DNA of 63,004 nt, filler included, from Kipferlia bialata (GCA_003568945.1; 5 parts of 5 records of this genome joined end to end with filler, not necessarily neighbours in it), one strand, 5' to 3'; positions 24,670 through 38,734 are shown, numbered from the whole stretch's first letter. Translations and numbers: made by a program. Notes: generated by a model from the letters alone, not told the origin.

Positions 24670-25502
24670 CTTGTTGAAGGTGTAAGCCATGCCTCCGCAG
24701 ATGATGATCTCGTTGACGCGGTCCAGGAGGTTGTCGATCAGCTTGATCTTGTCCTCAACCTGGACGTTAGGGGGGCTGCGGGGGGTGATACATGGACAAC
24801 AGGTTAGGTAGTATATACCCAAGACTTCAATAACATAGCATATATACAAATACGGAATGACCGTATCTCACACTGTAGACAATATGTACATACCTTGGCG
24901 CCTCCGAGGATGGCGAGGTAGGGCCTCTTGGGGGTGGTGAGGGCGATGTCGAAGAACTTGAGCTCCTTGGCAAGGAGGAGGCCGCAGGCACGCACGTCGT
25001 AGCCCTCTCCCATCATGGAGGAGTGGGCACGGTGGGCAGTGCCGAAGGCGTCGTTCACGTACACGTCACCGAGGGTGGCAAGCTGGGCACGGAAGGCGGC
25101 GATGGCCTCGGGGGTAGTGTTCTTGCCCTCCTCCTCAGCGTGGAAGCGAAGGTTCTCGAGCATGATGATGGCTCCCTCGGGGGCAGACTCGATCATGGAG
25201 GTGACCTCAGCGCCAACACAGTTGGGGGCGAAGAGCACGGGGCGCTCGATGAGGGTGGAGAGAGCCTCAGCGACGGGCTTGAGAGTGAACTTCATGTTGA
25301 CCTCACCCTTGGGCCTGCCCATGTGGGACATGACAACGACGGCCTTGGGGCCAGACTCCATGATGTGCTTCAGGGTGGGGAGGGAGGCCTCGATCCTGGC
25401 GTTGTTGGTGATGACTCCGTTCTTCATGGGAACGTTGTAGTCCACGCGGACAACGGCAACCTTGCCCTTGAAATCGACGTTCTTGATGGAAAGCTTGTTC
25501 AT
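24670..25502 (-). CDS. PGK: Phosphoglycerate kinase, 5' part (truncated by scaffold end)
   Basis: [59 protein letters not shown]; exon1 25502-24894, exon2 24759-24670. Confidence 0.97.
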
Positions 25503-25912
25503 TTGGTCTGGAGGTAAGGAAAGGACAAAATTGACAGCAAAGAAGCCTAGGGAAACAATTCAGGTACATAATGACACTGATAACCGTGCAAAGCCTTCAT
25601 ATTCGTACCTGTAACACTCGAAAAGCATGATGATTGATTCTTGATTGGATATGAGAGACCCCTTTTCTGTCTTTGCAAAAAGAGCATACAAAGGGTTTAT
25701 TTGTTCGGTCCACACAGATATTGAGCACATGTGTCACACTCTTTACAGTGTAGGAAAGCTCACATCAATGACTCTTCTTTGAAGATTGATTGTAGTATTG
25801 TCCTTACTCAGACCCAGTCACTGAGACAGCTCAGTGACTCCATCTTAGGGCAGCGGTTGAGTGTCAGTCATCTTGCTTGGCTGCAGTATAGCAGTGCCGA
25901 GGGGAGTTGCCT

Positions 25913-28900
25913 ATGGCACTCCCTCGCCTGCATGACTTCATCTTTGGCGTAGTGGCCCAGACTCAGAGGGCCCAGCCCACTCCGAGTCACAATCCCAACG
26001 ACGTCCTGGAGCATCTGCAGATCTACTACCAGAAGTACCGTGCAGCATGTAAGGGGTCAGTCTCCATTCCCGAGGATGTCCTGGGGTTCATTCTCCCGTC
26101 CTATGCTGCTGCATGTGATTCCACCATGGCTATGTACTCCTGTGGATCTATGGCAGAGGCCGGACGTATTAGGTATATAGAATTGACATCACCTCTATTC
26201 TTGCTGATGATGATTACTCACCTTCAGACACACCTTCGTGACCTCCATCAATGACCGTGCCAAGGCCATCCTCGAGAGCGGCCTCAGGTCCCAGCACTGG
26301 AACCGTTACCACGATCACAAGATGGGTCTACTCAGGTAACGTCAGTGTAGCTGGTGTATGTACTTGAGTTTTCTAGTAACACTATCATCCATATTTGTAA
26401 TGTTATTCCCTCACCCCTTAGATACGAGACCGAGCACCGCTGCATCGACCCCTCCCACACCAAGGGCGTTGCCACCTTCCTCTCTCTCTTTGGCATCACT
26501 GGCCAGGGCATACACGCACCCCTCTTCAGGGTCGTGCTACCCGGCAAGGTCAGAGGGCGCCTCGGACTAGGGGGGTCCAGGGCTGACCCCGATCTGCCAG
26601 TGCTCAGGAAGATATTCGCTATATGCAGGTGGGTATTTCTACGCGGTAACATGTCGGCATAACTTGTCACCACTCGGCTCACCCCCCAGACTCGGTCCCT
26701 CCCACGGTGATGTCGTGTCTCTGTCCAGTTCTGTGGCACCCCGTTCCACCCTCTGTGCACTCAATGTAAAGGTACGGAATGGTATATACATAAAACAATT
26801 ATAAAGGAAAGTATGTATGCGCATGCTGTGTCATCCCTATCTACCACTTCTAATCACTAGGGTGACAGGAGCGTTGTGTTCCTGTACACCGAGGGACTGG
26901 AGCACCTGGCCTCAGAGGTGTACAACAGGTAGAGGAGTCGATCTACTAGTATATATCTACCTGTCTATTTGTTCATTGTGGTCTTGGGTTACATAATGTG
27001 TACCAGTGCATTTAGCAGTCAGTTATGAATGTATACATATGTTTGTGTTTATTCTATTACATCTCTTCTCCCTCAGACTCTGTGGGAATACCCTCATATT
27101 ATAGTATGTCAGCTATGTATCCCTCTGCATTGTGCCCCCCCACCCTCTCACCCCTAGGCTTGTGAGGCTGCATGTCATCTCTGAGGCAGGGGATGTCCTG
27201 TGCGACAAGGACTCTATCCTAGGGGGGTCCAGGGAGCTCGACCACTCCACATACCCCTTCAACCATGCTGGTGTGGCCATTGTACTCGACGTCGTACCCA
27301 CCCAGAAGCTCCGCAACACCGCCAACTGCCTCATCAAGTCCCTACCCAGGAGGTTCCCCATCCTCTACGACCCCAGAATCAAGATGGGGACGCTTCGTTA
27401 CGGACGGACTCAGCAGCCGCGCCTTGTCTACCACCTCCTCGACAGGACCCACGGCCCACCCCTGCCATCCAGTGGTGAGGGTGTAGAGGAGCAGGAGTGC
27501 CAGGCACCATCCAGTGCCCCCCTCGCCCCCTCCACACTCCAGATAGGCCGTATTGCCAAGCAGATTGGCATTGCCCCCCCCACTGCTGATGACGGTGCAG
27601 CCTCTCTCACTGAGGCCGAGGTCCAGTTCTGCACCACCCGCTCCTCCTGCCTGGCCATAGGGAGGGCAGGGTCTGGCAAGAGTGCCTCCCTAGTGCTTAG
27701 ACTGATGGCAGACAGGGAGACGGCATCCAGGCCCCTCTTTGTCTCTCTCTCCCTCAACCTGGTGGCCGAGGTCCGCAAGGTGGTCAGGGGGGATGCACTC
27801 CCAGACCAGCGTGCCATTCTGTCCCTCCCCAACAACCTCAGCGACCTCTCCCCCGAGGCCTTCCCCTTGTTCCTCACCATTGACAAGCTGCTTCTCATGC
27901 TGGACGGTACCGGCTCTGCCCCCTTCTTCCAGCCTGCTCCCTCCACTGTCACCATAGGGCAGGGGGAGGGAGATGGGGATGGAGAGAGTGGTAGTGCAGA
28001 TGGGTGGGGAGATGCCGCTGACGCTGAGAGGGTGTGGAACGTGGGTGGTCTTCCCACCACCCGGCACTCCTACTCTGTGCACCCTAGGACAGGTGAGGTG
28101 CAGGACCACGAGGTGTGGCACAGGGCAGGTCACTCTGACTTCCTCAGTGCCTACCCCTCCATCGTGAGATCTGTACTGGCACAGGTCAAGGGTGGAAGGG
28201 TGCCCACCCCCAACGCGGCACTCCTCACAGCATATGCCCAGGCCCAGAAGGCAGCTGGTAGGGGGGGCAAGCAGCCTCTGCACCCTAGGGATCTGAGGGG
28301 TGCCAACCGCGATGCCGTCCTGCAGTGGATCCCAGAGTTTGGTCTCTCCTACCAGGCTGCACTAGATGCCATACCTGGTGCAGACGTAGCCTATCAGGAG
28401 ATCGTGACCCACATTACAGGGTCCTTCCCCTGTGCCTCCCAGGGTGCCCCCCTCTCCCTGAGGCAGTACCTGCAGATGGGTACCGGCCAGTCCCTCCTGT
28501 CCACCCAGGCCAGGTACCTGTGCCACCTCATACACACACACTGGGCGGCACACAAGCAGGCAGCACGCCTCTACGAGAGGGCAGATGTGGTGCTCCACGT
28601 TGTGCGTGCCCTCCACCAGGGCGCCATATCCTCTGCGCAGTACAGGTCCCGTGCCGCTATCCCCATCGACAGCGTGTACATCGACGAGTGCCAGGACCTC
28701 ACTGCGGCATACGTCTACATGCTGTTCCGCATGTGCCCCGCTGCGGCACGGTCCTTCTACATGGTGGGCGACACTGCCCAGACCATATCCAGGGGGGTCG
28801 GGTTCAGGTTTGCCGATCTCCGTACCGCCTTCTACCACACCCTTCAGAGAGAGACACTGCTGGCAGAGAGGCACTCTTCCGTGCCAGACCTGCTCCACTT

Positions 28901-31900
28901 CTCTGTCAACTTCAGGGCCACACGCAGCATCGTGCGCCTCTCCTCTGCACTCTCTCTCTCCCTTGCCAAGCAGTTCCCTAACTCTGTGGACGCACTCCCT
29001 AGGGAGACCGTCTACAAGGGCCCTGGTAGTCACAAGGGGAAGGGCGAGGTTCCCAGGCTGCTCATCGGAGACCCTGACTCTCTATTCAGACTGGTCTGTG
29101 GAGGGGGAGGCGGGGGCTCTGGCAGGATAGAGTTTGGTGCCAAGCAGCTTGTGGTGGTGAGGTCCGACACCGATGCCAAGAGGCCCTTTGTGTCTGGTCT
29201 GGCAGGGCACGGCCTGTGGCTGACTGTCCTGGACTGCAAGGGACTCGAGGCGGATGGTGAGTGGTGATAGTTATACATCGTAAACATCTATATTGTCTTA
29301 GTTCTTGTTACTCTCTCCCTTACTCCAGATGTGCTTGTCGTTGGCTTCTTTTCCAGTGCCGAGTGCGTCCTCTCCTCTTGCGACTCTCACTCTCCCTCCA
29401 GCAGTGCTGATGAGGCCTCTGACATTGGAACTGACACTGCGTCTGCGTCTGCGTCTGCGTCTGCCTCTATCTCTAGGAACCTCGCCCTAGCCTCCGAGCT
29501 CAAGCACCTATACGTGGCAGTCACCCGTGCTAGGAAGAGGCTGTGGTTCGTCGAGCCCGAGTCCTCTCGCTCTGACGTCATGGGGAAGCGTGCCGTCCAG
29601 CGCCTGATCGCCAAGGGTCTCCTGCAGCTGACCGATGTCGACAGCGTGGGGGGTGGGGATGCAGCATTTGGCAGGGCCTCCACCACTGAGGAGTGGGGGG
29701 ACAGGGCTAAGGAGCTGATGGCCAAGGGGTACTACCAGGCAGCACTGAGGGCCTCGGCCTATGCCGCAGACCCACTCCTTACCACCCTCTGTAAGGCATA
29801 TGTCACTGCCAGCCAGGCAGATGGGGCAGCCGTGCAGGAGAGGCCCTCTCTCTTCTGCGAGGCAGGGTCTCTGTTCAGCAAGGCCTCTGAGTCCAGACTC
29901 TCTGCCCAGTGCTATGTCTCTGGAGGTATGTACCAGAGGGCAGGGCACATGTTCGAGACTGCGGCAGGTGCAGTGGTGGGTGGGGTGGGCGCCAGACCCT
30001 CTACAGTGTCTAGGGCCTCTGAGTGGGACTCTCTCCTCAGCAGTGCAGAGTATGCATACAGGAGGGGTGGTATGTACCTGGAGGCCGCTGAGATCGCAGG
30101 GGACCGCAGGGGTGACCACACTGGTGCCCTTGACCACTGCTGTGCGGCGGTGAGGGCATGTATAAGGGGAGGGGAGCCATGCAGTGCTGGTACCCCTGTC
30201 GCTGAGGCTATTGTCAGACACAGTGCTAGTGTACTGGCATCTGACACTGTAGATGTGGAGTCCCGCCATGCCCTGCTGAGAGGTGCCGTGCACATCGGTC
30301 TCTATGCCGCAGGGGCCTCTCCCTCTGAGAGAGAGAACCTTAGACAGTCTGTGAGGACTGCAGTGCAGGCCAGTACTGTCGACGTGGATGCCACCCTTGC
30401 ACCCACCTTCCTGTCTCTGTCCTCCACCTGTACCGACTCAGCGGAGAGGGCCTCTGTGCTAGGTGCTCTTGTGCTACTGACCACATGCTCTGCCGTGACC
30501 GCCTCTCGCTACACCCACCTTCTGCCCCACTCCGGTGTGTCTGCCATGATGTCCAGCAAGGAGGCCAAGGGAGTGTCTACTACTGATACACCCCAGCAGG
30601 AGAGGGTACCCATCACCTCTGTGCTCGACAGTGCGTCTGACACTCTCACTGGTGGCAACTCTTTTCTCTCCCACCCCCTGACCTCTGCCGCAGGGTGTGG
30701 TCTCACTAGGGTGTCAGTGGGTGATGACACCTCTGATGCCCGCACTCCCTTTGCCCAGCTCTGCCGTCTCTCAGCTGCCACCATCCCTGTCAGGTCTCTT
30801 GGTGCCAAGGGTCCTCTGGGTAGGAAGGGGGCTCGCACTCGCACATCTGTCGGTGACATTGTAGCTGGTGGTCTGACCCTTGCCCTCTCAGCCATCAAGG
30901 GACCTGTCTCCATGTCTCTGTCTGTGGGGGATATCACTGCTCTGGCCAGGTCTCTCTCCAGGCTACTGACCTCCCTTACCGAGTGCAACCCCCCTCTCCA
31001 CACCCAGTGTGACGGCATGCTGTACTCTTCCCTGGTCTCCCACCTCGTGCGTGCCCTTCTCTGCCTCTGGTGCCATGTATACACACTGGGAGAGGATGAT
31101 GTCACTGACGACCTCCGCCTTGCTCTCTCACCCTCCCTCAGGCCCTCTGCCTCTGACCCCGCTATGTGTAGACTGCTAGGGGGGATGGGTAGCGGGGTGT
31201 CTACCAGGGACAAGAACACTAGCGAGGCATATGCAGTGAGGCGCAGTCTGAGGGGGGTGCTGGAGGGTGTCTCCATAGTGTCTGCATGTGCCTCAGCCAG
31301 ACACACTCTCTCTCCCTCTCCCTCTCCCGAGGGTTCTGACTCCGACTGGGGTGTGCTACAGACTGCCCTGCAATCCATGTCTCGCAATGGCCTGCCCCTG
31401 CTCTCCCTGGCTGTGTCTAGACTGCCAACACGGAGGGTGGAGGGAGAGGAGGAGCCCAACCTCACTGCTGACACTGCTGTAGTGGTAGAGCTGGAGGGGT
31501 ACCGGCAGAGGGGGGAGGCTGTACCTTCTAGTACACAGGCCCTTCTATCCACCTCTGTCTCTGACCTCTCTCTCTCTGTGGACACACCCCTCCACCCAGG
31601 CCTCTCCCTGTGCTCTACTCACACCCTCTGTGCCGCTCTATCCATGCCCCCCCTTGAGCTGAGGGCCAAGGCCTGGGACGTGGTGGATGCATACCTGGCA
31701 TGGGATGGCACACCCACCCTGGCTGACACACTCACTAGAGGGGTGGATGCCATAGTGGAGAGGGAGCTGGAGGCAGACAGGGTGCTGAGGGAGCAGAGGG
31801 AGAGAGAGAGAGCACACACCCTCAGACTCCAGAAGGCCAAGAGGGTCAGATACGCACAGGCCAAGCAGGCCAAGGCACAGATGAGGAAGATGAGGGGGAG

Positions 31901-31913
31901 GGCCAGGAAGTGA
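25913..31913 (+). CDS. TRANK1-like superfamily-1 (UvrD-type) helicase with TPR-like helical C-terminus
   Basis: GRAGSGKS (Walker A), VYIDECQD (Walker B), GDTAQTISRGVGFRF, NFRAT, KGLEADDVLVVGFFS across intron 29257-29328, ELKHLYVAVTRARKRLWFVE, STTEEW; about five short 5' exons from ATG 25913, then exons ~27159-29256 and 29329-31913. Confidence 0.85.
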
Positions 31914-32181
31914 TGCATGGTACACATGTACATATGTATGCCTTGCTCCTGAGGTTCTTGAGGGCTGTACTGAGGAAAGTCTGCGTTAAGAATAGAAGAC
32001 CCACTCAGTAGTCGTGAGTTATCACTCAACTCTGGATTCGTTTCAGAGCTGACATAACGTAGAGTGTATGATTCAGATCTTGTCACAATATGTATCAGTC
32101 TTGGTGGAAAGAAGCACATGGCAATACTCAACGATTTACTTGTTACACTGGCTCACAGCTTACTATTATTAATCTGACAAT

Positions 32182-33744
32182 CTACCAGTATGCCCTGGGC
32201 CTGGGTCTTGGGTTGGGAGATGGGGCCTTGTTCTTGGCCTTGCCCTTTGTGTTGGCCCTGGGCTTCTTCCCCCAGGCACCCCCCACTGCACCCATCCCAT
32301 GCACCCACCGTACATTACCCTTGCCCACCTCTCTCTCCCCCTCTGCCTTCCCTGCTGCCCCGTCCCCACCCTTGTGTGCCACTCTCCTGGCCTGACCCAC
32401 CGCAAAGAGGTCCAGGCCACCTCCCCTGGCCTTGTCCCTCAGTCTCTCTCTCTCTCTTCCATTGCGCACATTCTCAGCAGCGTACTTGGCGAAGAGAGGC
32501 CCCTTCGCCCTATCTGGCGCGGCCCTGGCCAGCCTCTCTCTCTCCTGCCTGTCTCTCTCTCTCCTCCTCTCCGGTAGTGCAGTCTGGGGACGCTGCCTAG
32601 TGCCCCTAGTACCCCTAGCCTTGGCCCTCTGTGCCCTCTCTCTCTCCTTGGCCCTGTCTCTCTCTGCCTGTGCCTCCACCCACCTGGCCTGTCTCGCTCT
32701 CCTAGTGCCAGGGGAGTCGACTAGATCCCCCACACTCATGGGACCCTGGGTGTCTGCCTTGTCATCCTCTCTTTCTCTCTCTCCCTCCCCCTCAGTATCC
32801 TTCTCCACATTGACAAATATGTCGTCTGCCTGTGGTGTCTCTCCCTTGTTAGGTGTCACGGTCACACCCTCTGTACCTATGGATGCTACCACTGGCAGCA
32901 TCTCCAGGGCACTAGGCACTATAGCCATGAGGGCACCACGGGTGAAGGGGTCCCGGGGGTAGTCTCTCTCCCCCCTCTCCCCCAGCCTCAGTGTGACGCC
33001 CTTACCAGGGGTCAGGGTGTGGGAGGATAACTCAACGGCGGCACCTATCTGACCAGGGTGGCGCCTGCCTGTGGAGGAGATTAGACGGCGGCCGCAGTCG
33101 TTACACACCCCTGAGAATGAGGGACAGGAAGTGAGTATATATACAGGGAAGATATATCGCGTAGAATAACCACAGACATACACAGAGTGGTAAGGCGGTA
33201 TATAGGAGTAAGAGGCAGACGTAGGGACCCCCAATATAATAATCCAACCGAGAAGAGAATTGTGAGGAGAGATAGATCTACCATACGCACAGTGTCTGGA
33301 GGGGAGCAGGAGACACTCTCTGGTGTTGGCTGTGCACACAGGACAGAGGGGGGAGCCGAGGTGGGCGCTGAGGGCGGCTATCCGCTGTGGCTCTATCCCC
33401 GAGGAGTGGTGTGACAGGGACGATGTCTCTGAGGACAGGCTGTCATGCTCCTGGGCAACGGAGGACAGGGTCGACGCCTGCTCGGCACACACTCCCTCCA
33501 GCTGCTGCACCTGTACCCTAAGGCCGGATATGGTCCCCTCAGCTGTCGCCAGGCGCTCCCTCAGCACCGCCACCTCCCTCAGCACACTGTCTGCATGGGA
33601 GGCAGTGGCCACGTTGGACTGGAAGGCTGAGCGCAGCACAGTCAGGCAGGAGCTGTTCTCGGAGGTGTCGGCAAGGTCACTGGAGGAGACCAGAAGCTCA
33701 AAGCGGGACTTAGCACTGGTTGCGGCCGAGACTAGCTCTGCCAT
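32182..33744 (-). CDS. Coiled-coil plus degenerate C3HC4 RING protein with basic C-terminus
   Basis: ATG 33744, heptad region, CPVCTANTRECLLLPSRH(W)VCNDC after removing intron 33290-33111. Confidence 0.65.
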   Translation of the reverse strand: MAELVSAATSAKSRFELLVSSSDLADTSENSSCLTVLRSAFQSNVATASHADSVLREVAVLRERLATAEGTISGLRVQVQQLEGVCAEQASTLSSVAQEHDSLSSETSSLSHHSSGIEPQRIAALSAHLGSPLCPVCTANTRECLLLPSRHCAYGRSISPHNSLLGWIIILGVPTSASYSYIPPYHSVYVCGYSTRYIFPVYILTSCPSFSGVCNDCGRRLISSTGRRHPGQIGAAVELSSHTLTPGKGVTLRLGERGERDYPRDPFTRGALMAIVPSALEMLPVVASIGTEGVTVTPNKGETPQADDIFVNVEKDTEGEGEREREDDKADTQGPMSVGDLVDSPGTRRARQARWVEAQAERDRAKERERAQRAKARGTRGTRQRPQTALPERRRERDRQERERLARAAPDRAKGPLFAKYAAENVRNGRERERLRDKARGGGLDLFAVGQARRVAHKGGDGAAGKAEGEREVGKGNVRWVHGMGAVGGAWGKKPRANTKGKAKNKAPSPNPRPRPRAYW

Positions 33745-34055
33745 GACTACACTACAGTCACACACAGGTCAGAGCAGTAGGGGACGTGGTAGACACACAG
33801 CGACTAAAGCGGTACTCAGCCACACGCACACAAGTGTATTCCTCGTGTCACTGCCGGACCGCACAGGCAGTTAGAAAGCATAGCGCGTGATTCCACGGCC
33901 AGACTTGGATTGAGTTGGTTAGAGTGTACATTCAGTCCAAATGGCCAAAAAGAACCCTTTTGTGAATTGTGTTTTTTCGGGAGTGTCTATGAATTGTGAT
34001 GCTCTCTTAGTGACCATTGTACAGTGTCGTGAAGCACCCAGCCTGAACTATATAT

Positions 34056-35830
34056 ATGCCAGCGTCCCCTGAAGGGACTGGGGCCCCCCCTGCGTCCCCC
34101 AATGCCCGTATGGTGGATGTCCCCCCCCCTGCCTCTGAGATCCTAACCATCCCAGACATATATCAGGTGTGTAATCATATATAGTCAGCGTGGTTTGATG
34201 GAGTTCTCTGACTATATCAATATGTACTTCATACATAGTCGACACCGTCTGTTCCATCTCTCTCAGGGATACTCCTTCCATTCTACTCATTGGATGTCAC
34301 CTCACAACAGGGAGGCAGATACAGGATGAAGAAGTGCCGCAACCACTGGTACCACGAGGGACGTATCGAGAGGTCAGCTGCAGAGGCCATTCTGAGGTAT
34401 GGGGCAAATATATCTAGTGGATATTATGATTGTTGTGTGAATGACTCTTCCTATTCCACTCATTCTTAGGGACTCTCTGAAGCGCTTCTCCGCCCTGCCC
34501 AACGTGCTCCATGTCAAGTCCCCCATCAACATTGTGGGTGACATCCACGGCCAGTTCTATGACCTGCTGACACTGCTGAGGACAGGTAGGATATTGCATG
34601 TCTTAGCATCAGAGATTTATATATATATATATATACTTGTGTTACTCCTCCCCCTCCCCCCTCTCTCTCTCTCTCTGTGTGTGTGTCTCACTCACCGTAA
34701 GAGGTGCCCCCAACAAGACCAGCTAAGTAGCTGGTGATTCTATACTTGTGATGTTACTCCTCTCTCCCCTCCGCTCTCTCTCTATATGACTGTCTCACCA
34801 CAGGAGGTGCCCCCAACAAGACCAGCTACCTGTTCCTGGGGGACTATGTCGATAGGTGAGTGCATAGACTATGCATACTATGCATATACTAGTTGAATTA
34901 CTCTCTTCCCTTCGACCCTGCCTCACCCCCTCTCTCACACTGCAGGGGTGTCTTCAGCGTGGAGACCCTCCTCCTCCTCCTGGTCATCTTCAACAACAAC
35001 CCCAACAGGGTGCACATGATCAGGTGCAAGGTTATAGTGTCCATACATTCAATATATATTTGGCTAGGGTACTGAAGGGCGTTTCACTCAACGTATACTC
35101 TCTTCTCCACATCTGTCGCACCGACCCCCCCCCCTGCTCTACTCTCTCTCTCTCCCTGATGCCTAGGGGCAACCACGAGTCCCGACTGACGTCTGAGACG
35201 TTCAACTTCAGACTGGAGACCGTCAAGAAGCTGGGCGTGGAGCTGTACGAGCTCATACTCAAGGTGTGTATATAGATGTATGTGTGTATCACACCGTATA
35301 TTCAAATATATATGTATATATATATATATATTGTATCTTCCATCCCCTGTGGAGCTGTACGAGCTCATACTCATGGTATATATTTCTCGCTATCCTCCTG
35401 TAGTGTCTATCTGTTTCTCTAGTTATATACCATATACTGACCCTTAGGTCTTCCAGGCCATGCCCCTGGCAGCTCTGTCTCTGTCTCTGTCTGTCTTTGT
35501 ATTTTTCTCTCTCTCTCTGTATATATACATTTGTATACATCCTGTACTGACCCCCAGGTCTTCCAGGCCATGCCCCTGGCAGCTGTTGTCGATGGCAAGT
35601 TCTTCTGTGTCCATGGGGGTATCGGACCCAGCATCAAGACCCTGGACGACATCGCCCGGCTCAACAGGTATGTACTTATATGTATTAATTGATATATATT
35701 GACACTCCTGACCCCCCTAGGTTTTGCGAGCCTGCCAACCCCGGCCCCATGACCGATCTGCTGTGGAGTGACCCGGCACCCAAGAGGACATACATGAGCA
35801 CATGCTGGGAGCCAAACAGGGTAGGGTCTC

Positions 35831-35880
<50 letters not shown>

Positions 35881-36290
35881 TCTCTCTGTCTCTGTCTTCT
35901 CACCCCTCCAGGGCAGAAAGGCCGCCTACATCTATGGCTACAAGGCCGTCAAGCCCTTCCTCTCTAGGAACGGGTTCCTGTCCATAGTCAGGGCTCACCA
36001 GGTGTATATGTATATATTGATATATCATATATAGATATTGATATGTGTATAATCTATATGATTCTGTAGGAATAGGGTTCCTGTCCATATTCAGGGCACA
36101 CCAGGTATGTATTATTACTGTCACATATGTATATATGCACATATATTTGCACTTATATATACTCTGACCCCAGTTCTGCTCCGAGGGCTACACCATGTAC
36201 CCCCTAGACCCAGACACCAAGTTCCCCTCCGTCATCACCATATTCTCATGCGCCAACTACAGCGACACGCACCACAACACAGGTGACAGG

Positions 36291-36334
<44 letters not shown>

Positions 36335-36892
36335 CCCCAGGTGCCTACCTCGAGTTCCACGGCTCCTCCCTCGACGTCCACCAGTACGAGGCCGCCCCCC
36401 ACCCCTACTGCCTGTCCACCTTCCAGAACGCCTTTGAGTGGGCCTTCCCCTTCCTGCTCTCCTCCTTCTTCCAGTTCGCATCTGCCCTGATGAGGGTGGA
36501 GACTAGGGCGGAGGGGCACGACAAGGAGTTCGACCAGTTCGTGGGTGCGTCTACTACACTCTTTGTACATATGTATATTTGCATAAGTGTACTATGTAGA
36601 TACCCTCACCCCGAGGCCTCTTCAAGGCCAAGCAGGGTACTTGAGATATATACACAAATACACATACATATACTAGTGCCTACTATTAATACTCACCCTT
36701 GACCTCACTTCATATGTATTTTATACATTGTATATACATTGTGTATACATTGTGTATACACATACCATTACGTCATACCCCTCACCCCCAGACCTCCTCA
36801 AGGCCAAGCAGGGTGCCCCCGGGTCCATGCATGATCAGGACCAGCAGGCACACTGCGTGGCCACAACACCCCTGCCCAGTGACAGGTGTGTA

Positions 36893-36933
<41 letters not shown>

Positions 36934-37495
36934 TATCTCTAGGCTGTACTCTGCCGAGGGAGTGGATGCCCTGGAGCAGCTGGTGCAGGAGAGCAGGAAG
37001 TGGGAGGGCAACGCCAGAGTGCGGTCCAAGATCCTCGCCATATCCAGGTACAGTACATCCAGTCTATGTGTATGTAATTGTTAGTATCATTAACCCCAGG
37101 CTGCGCCGTCTGAGTGACACCCTACTATATATGTGTATATACCTCCAGTACATTCACATGATATATGTGGATGCCACTAACCCCTAGGCTGCGCCGTCTG
37201 AGTGACACACTTGCCCGCAATGCCAGTGCCATCAGCCATCTCAAGACAGCGGCAGGGGGTAGACTGCCACCTGGTATGTATCACAGTGTCAGTATATATA
37301 TGTATATATATATATAGATACTGATACTGATACCCAGGCATGCTGTGGAGTGGGGACGCGGGTATCCAGCGTGCCCTCTCCTACGTCAAGGCCCACCCAG
37401 ACACCGACATAGCTGAGATGCACCCAGACGCCCTGCAGGCCATAGTGAGGGGGGAGGCAGAGACAGCCACGCCCATACCACAGCCAGAGGAGTGA
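34056..37495 (+). CDS. CNA1: Calcineurin A (PP2B catalytic subunit)
   Basis: [87 protein letters not shown] (CnB-binding), [10 protein letters not shown] (CaM-binding), GRLPPGML; TGA 37493-37495. Confidence 0.93.
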
Positions 37496-37521
37496 GAGAG
37501 GAAGAGGGGGAGGAGTCAGTG

Positions 37522-37560
<39 letters not shown>

Positions 37561-37996
37561 AGGTGTATGTGTTGGTTGTGTTTCTGCGGCATGTCAGTGG
37601 TCAGCTAGTGTCCGAGGGTGTACTAAACCCGTGTTCTGTTATCAAGTGTCAATAGATTGAGCTTAACTGTGTGGTGTGACTGTAACCAGTATTACTAGGT
37701 CCCCTTGGCAGTGTTAGTGATTGGTATGTGGTCATGCCCTCAACAAATCGTGTATGACACTGCTAGACCCCTGAGTCAGTATCAGATTGTCGGTGTCAGT
37801 TGGCACCTTCTCCATCATAGACAGAGCTACTAGTGCAAGTCAACGAGCTATCCCATTGCACTGCCGTACTCCCATTGGTATCAGTGCAAGTATAGCACTG
37901 GTGGCTTGGGGTCAGGCTGGGCTTGGGACTGAGAGGTCTCTGACACTGAGTGACTGAGTATGAGCCACTCCCTCGTGCCCCCAGGCAGGGGGGGTC

Positions 37997-38702
37997 ATGC
38001 TAGACATACCGAGGACCATCAGGGGGAGAGAGAGGATGAGGATGAAGCTGGCCTGTACATTTGCGGCAATCCGCTGCTTCAGACTGGTATGTGTACTATA
38101 TATTTTTCTATTCTCATTAGACGCTCTACGTACGCATATCCCCTCTTCTGAGGGCACCTGTATATACTGCCAGTGTTCCATAGTGATCAGGAGTGTATGC
38201 ATGGGTCCACCCCCCCCCCCCGCCCCCCCCCCCCGCCCCCCCCCCCCCCTCCCCCCCCCCCCCCCCCCCCCCACCCCTCTCTCTCTCTCTTATATTTACC
38301 CATAGAACCCCCTGTTCCGTGACCAGTACCTGTTGGACAAGAGGGTCATCCTGCTCGAGGAGATCGCTGCACTCAGGTATACATTCATATATATATATAT
38401 CCCTCTATCCCCCTATTTCACCCCAGGCGTGACCTTGATGCCAAGCAGGAGGAGTACGAGTCTCTCTTCGGCGAGGAGAAGAAGGTGTGTAAATGTATTG
38501 ACTCCTCATATATTGTGTAAGTACTGTATTGAGTACTCTCCTGGGTATCACTCACCCCACACCGAGGCAATGATGTATTGGTAGGGTCTATATATATATA
38601 TATATATATATATAAATATATCTCACTTTCTTACCCCAGCCCGAGGCCAAGGCTGTGCCCGAGGCACCTCCCGTGCCAGCAGCTAGGTACTCTATCTCTC
38701 TA

Positions 38703-38734
<32 letters not shown>

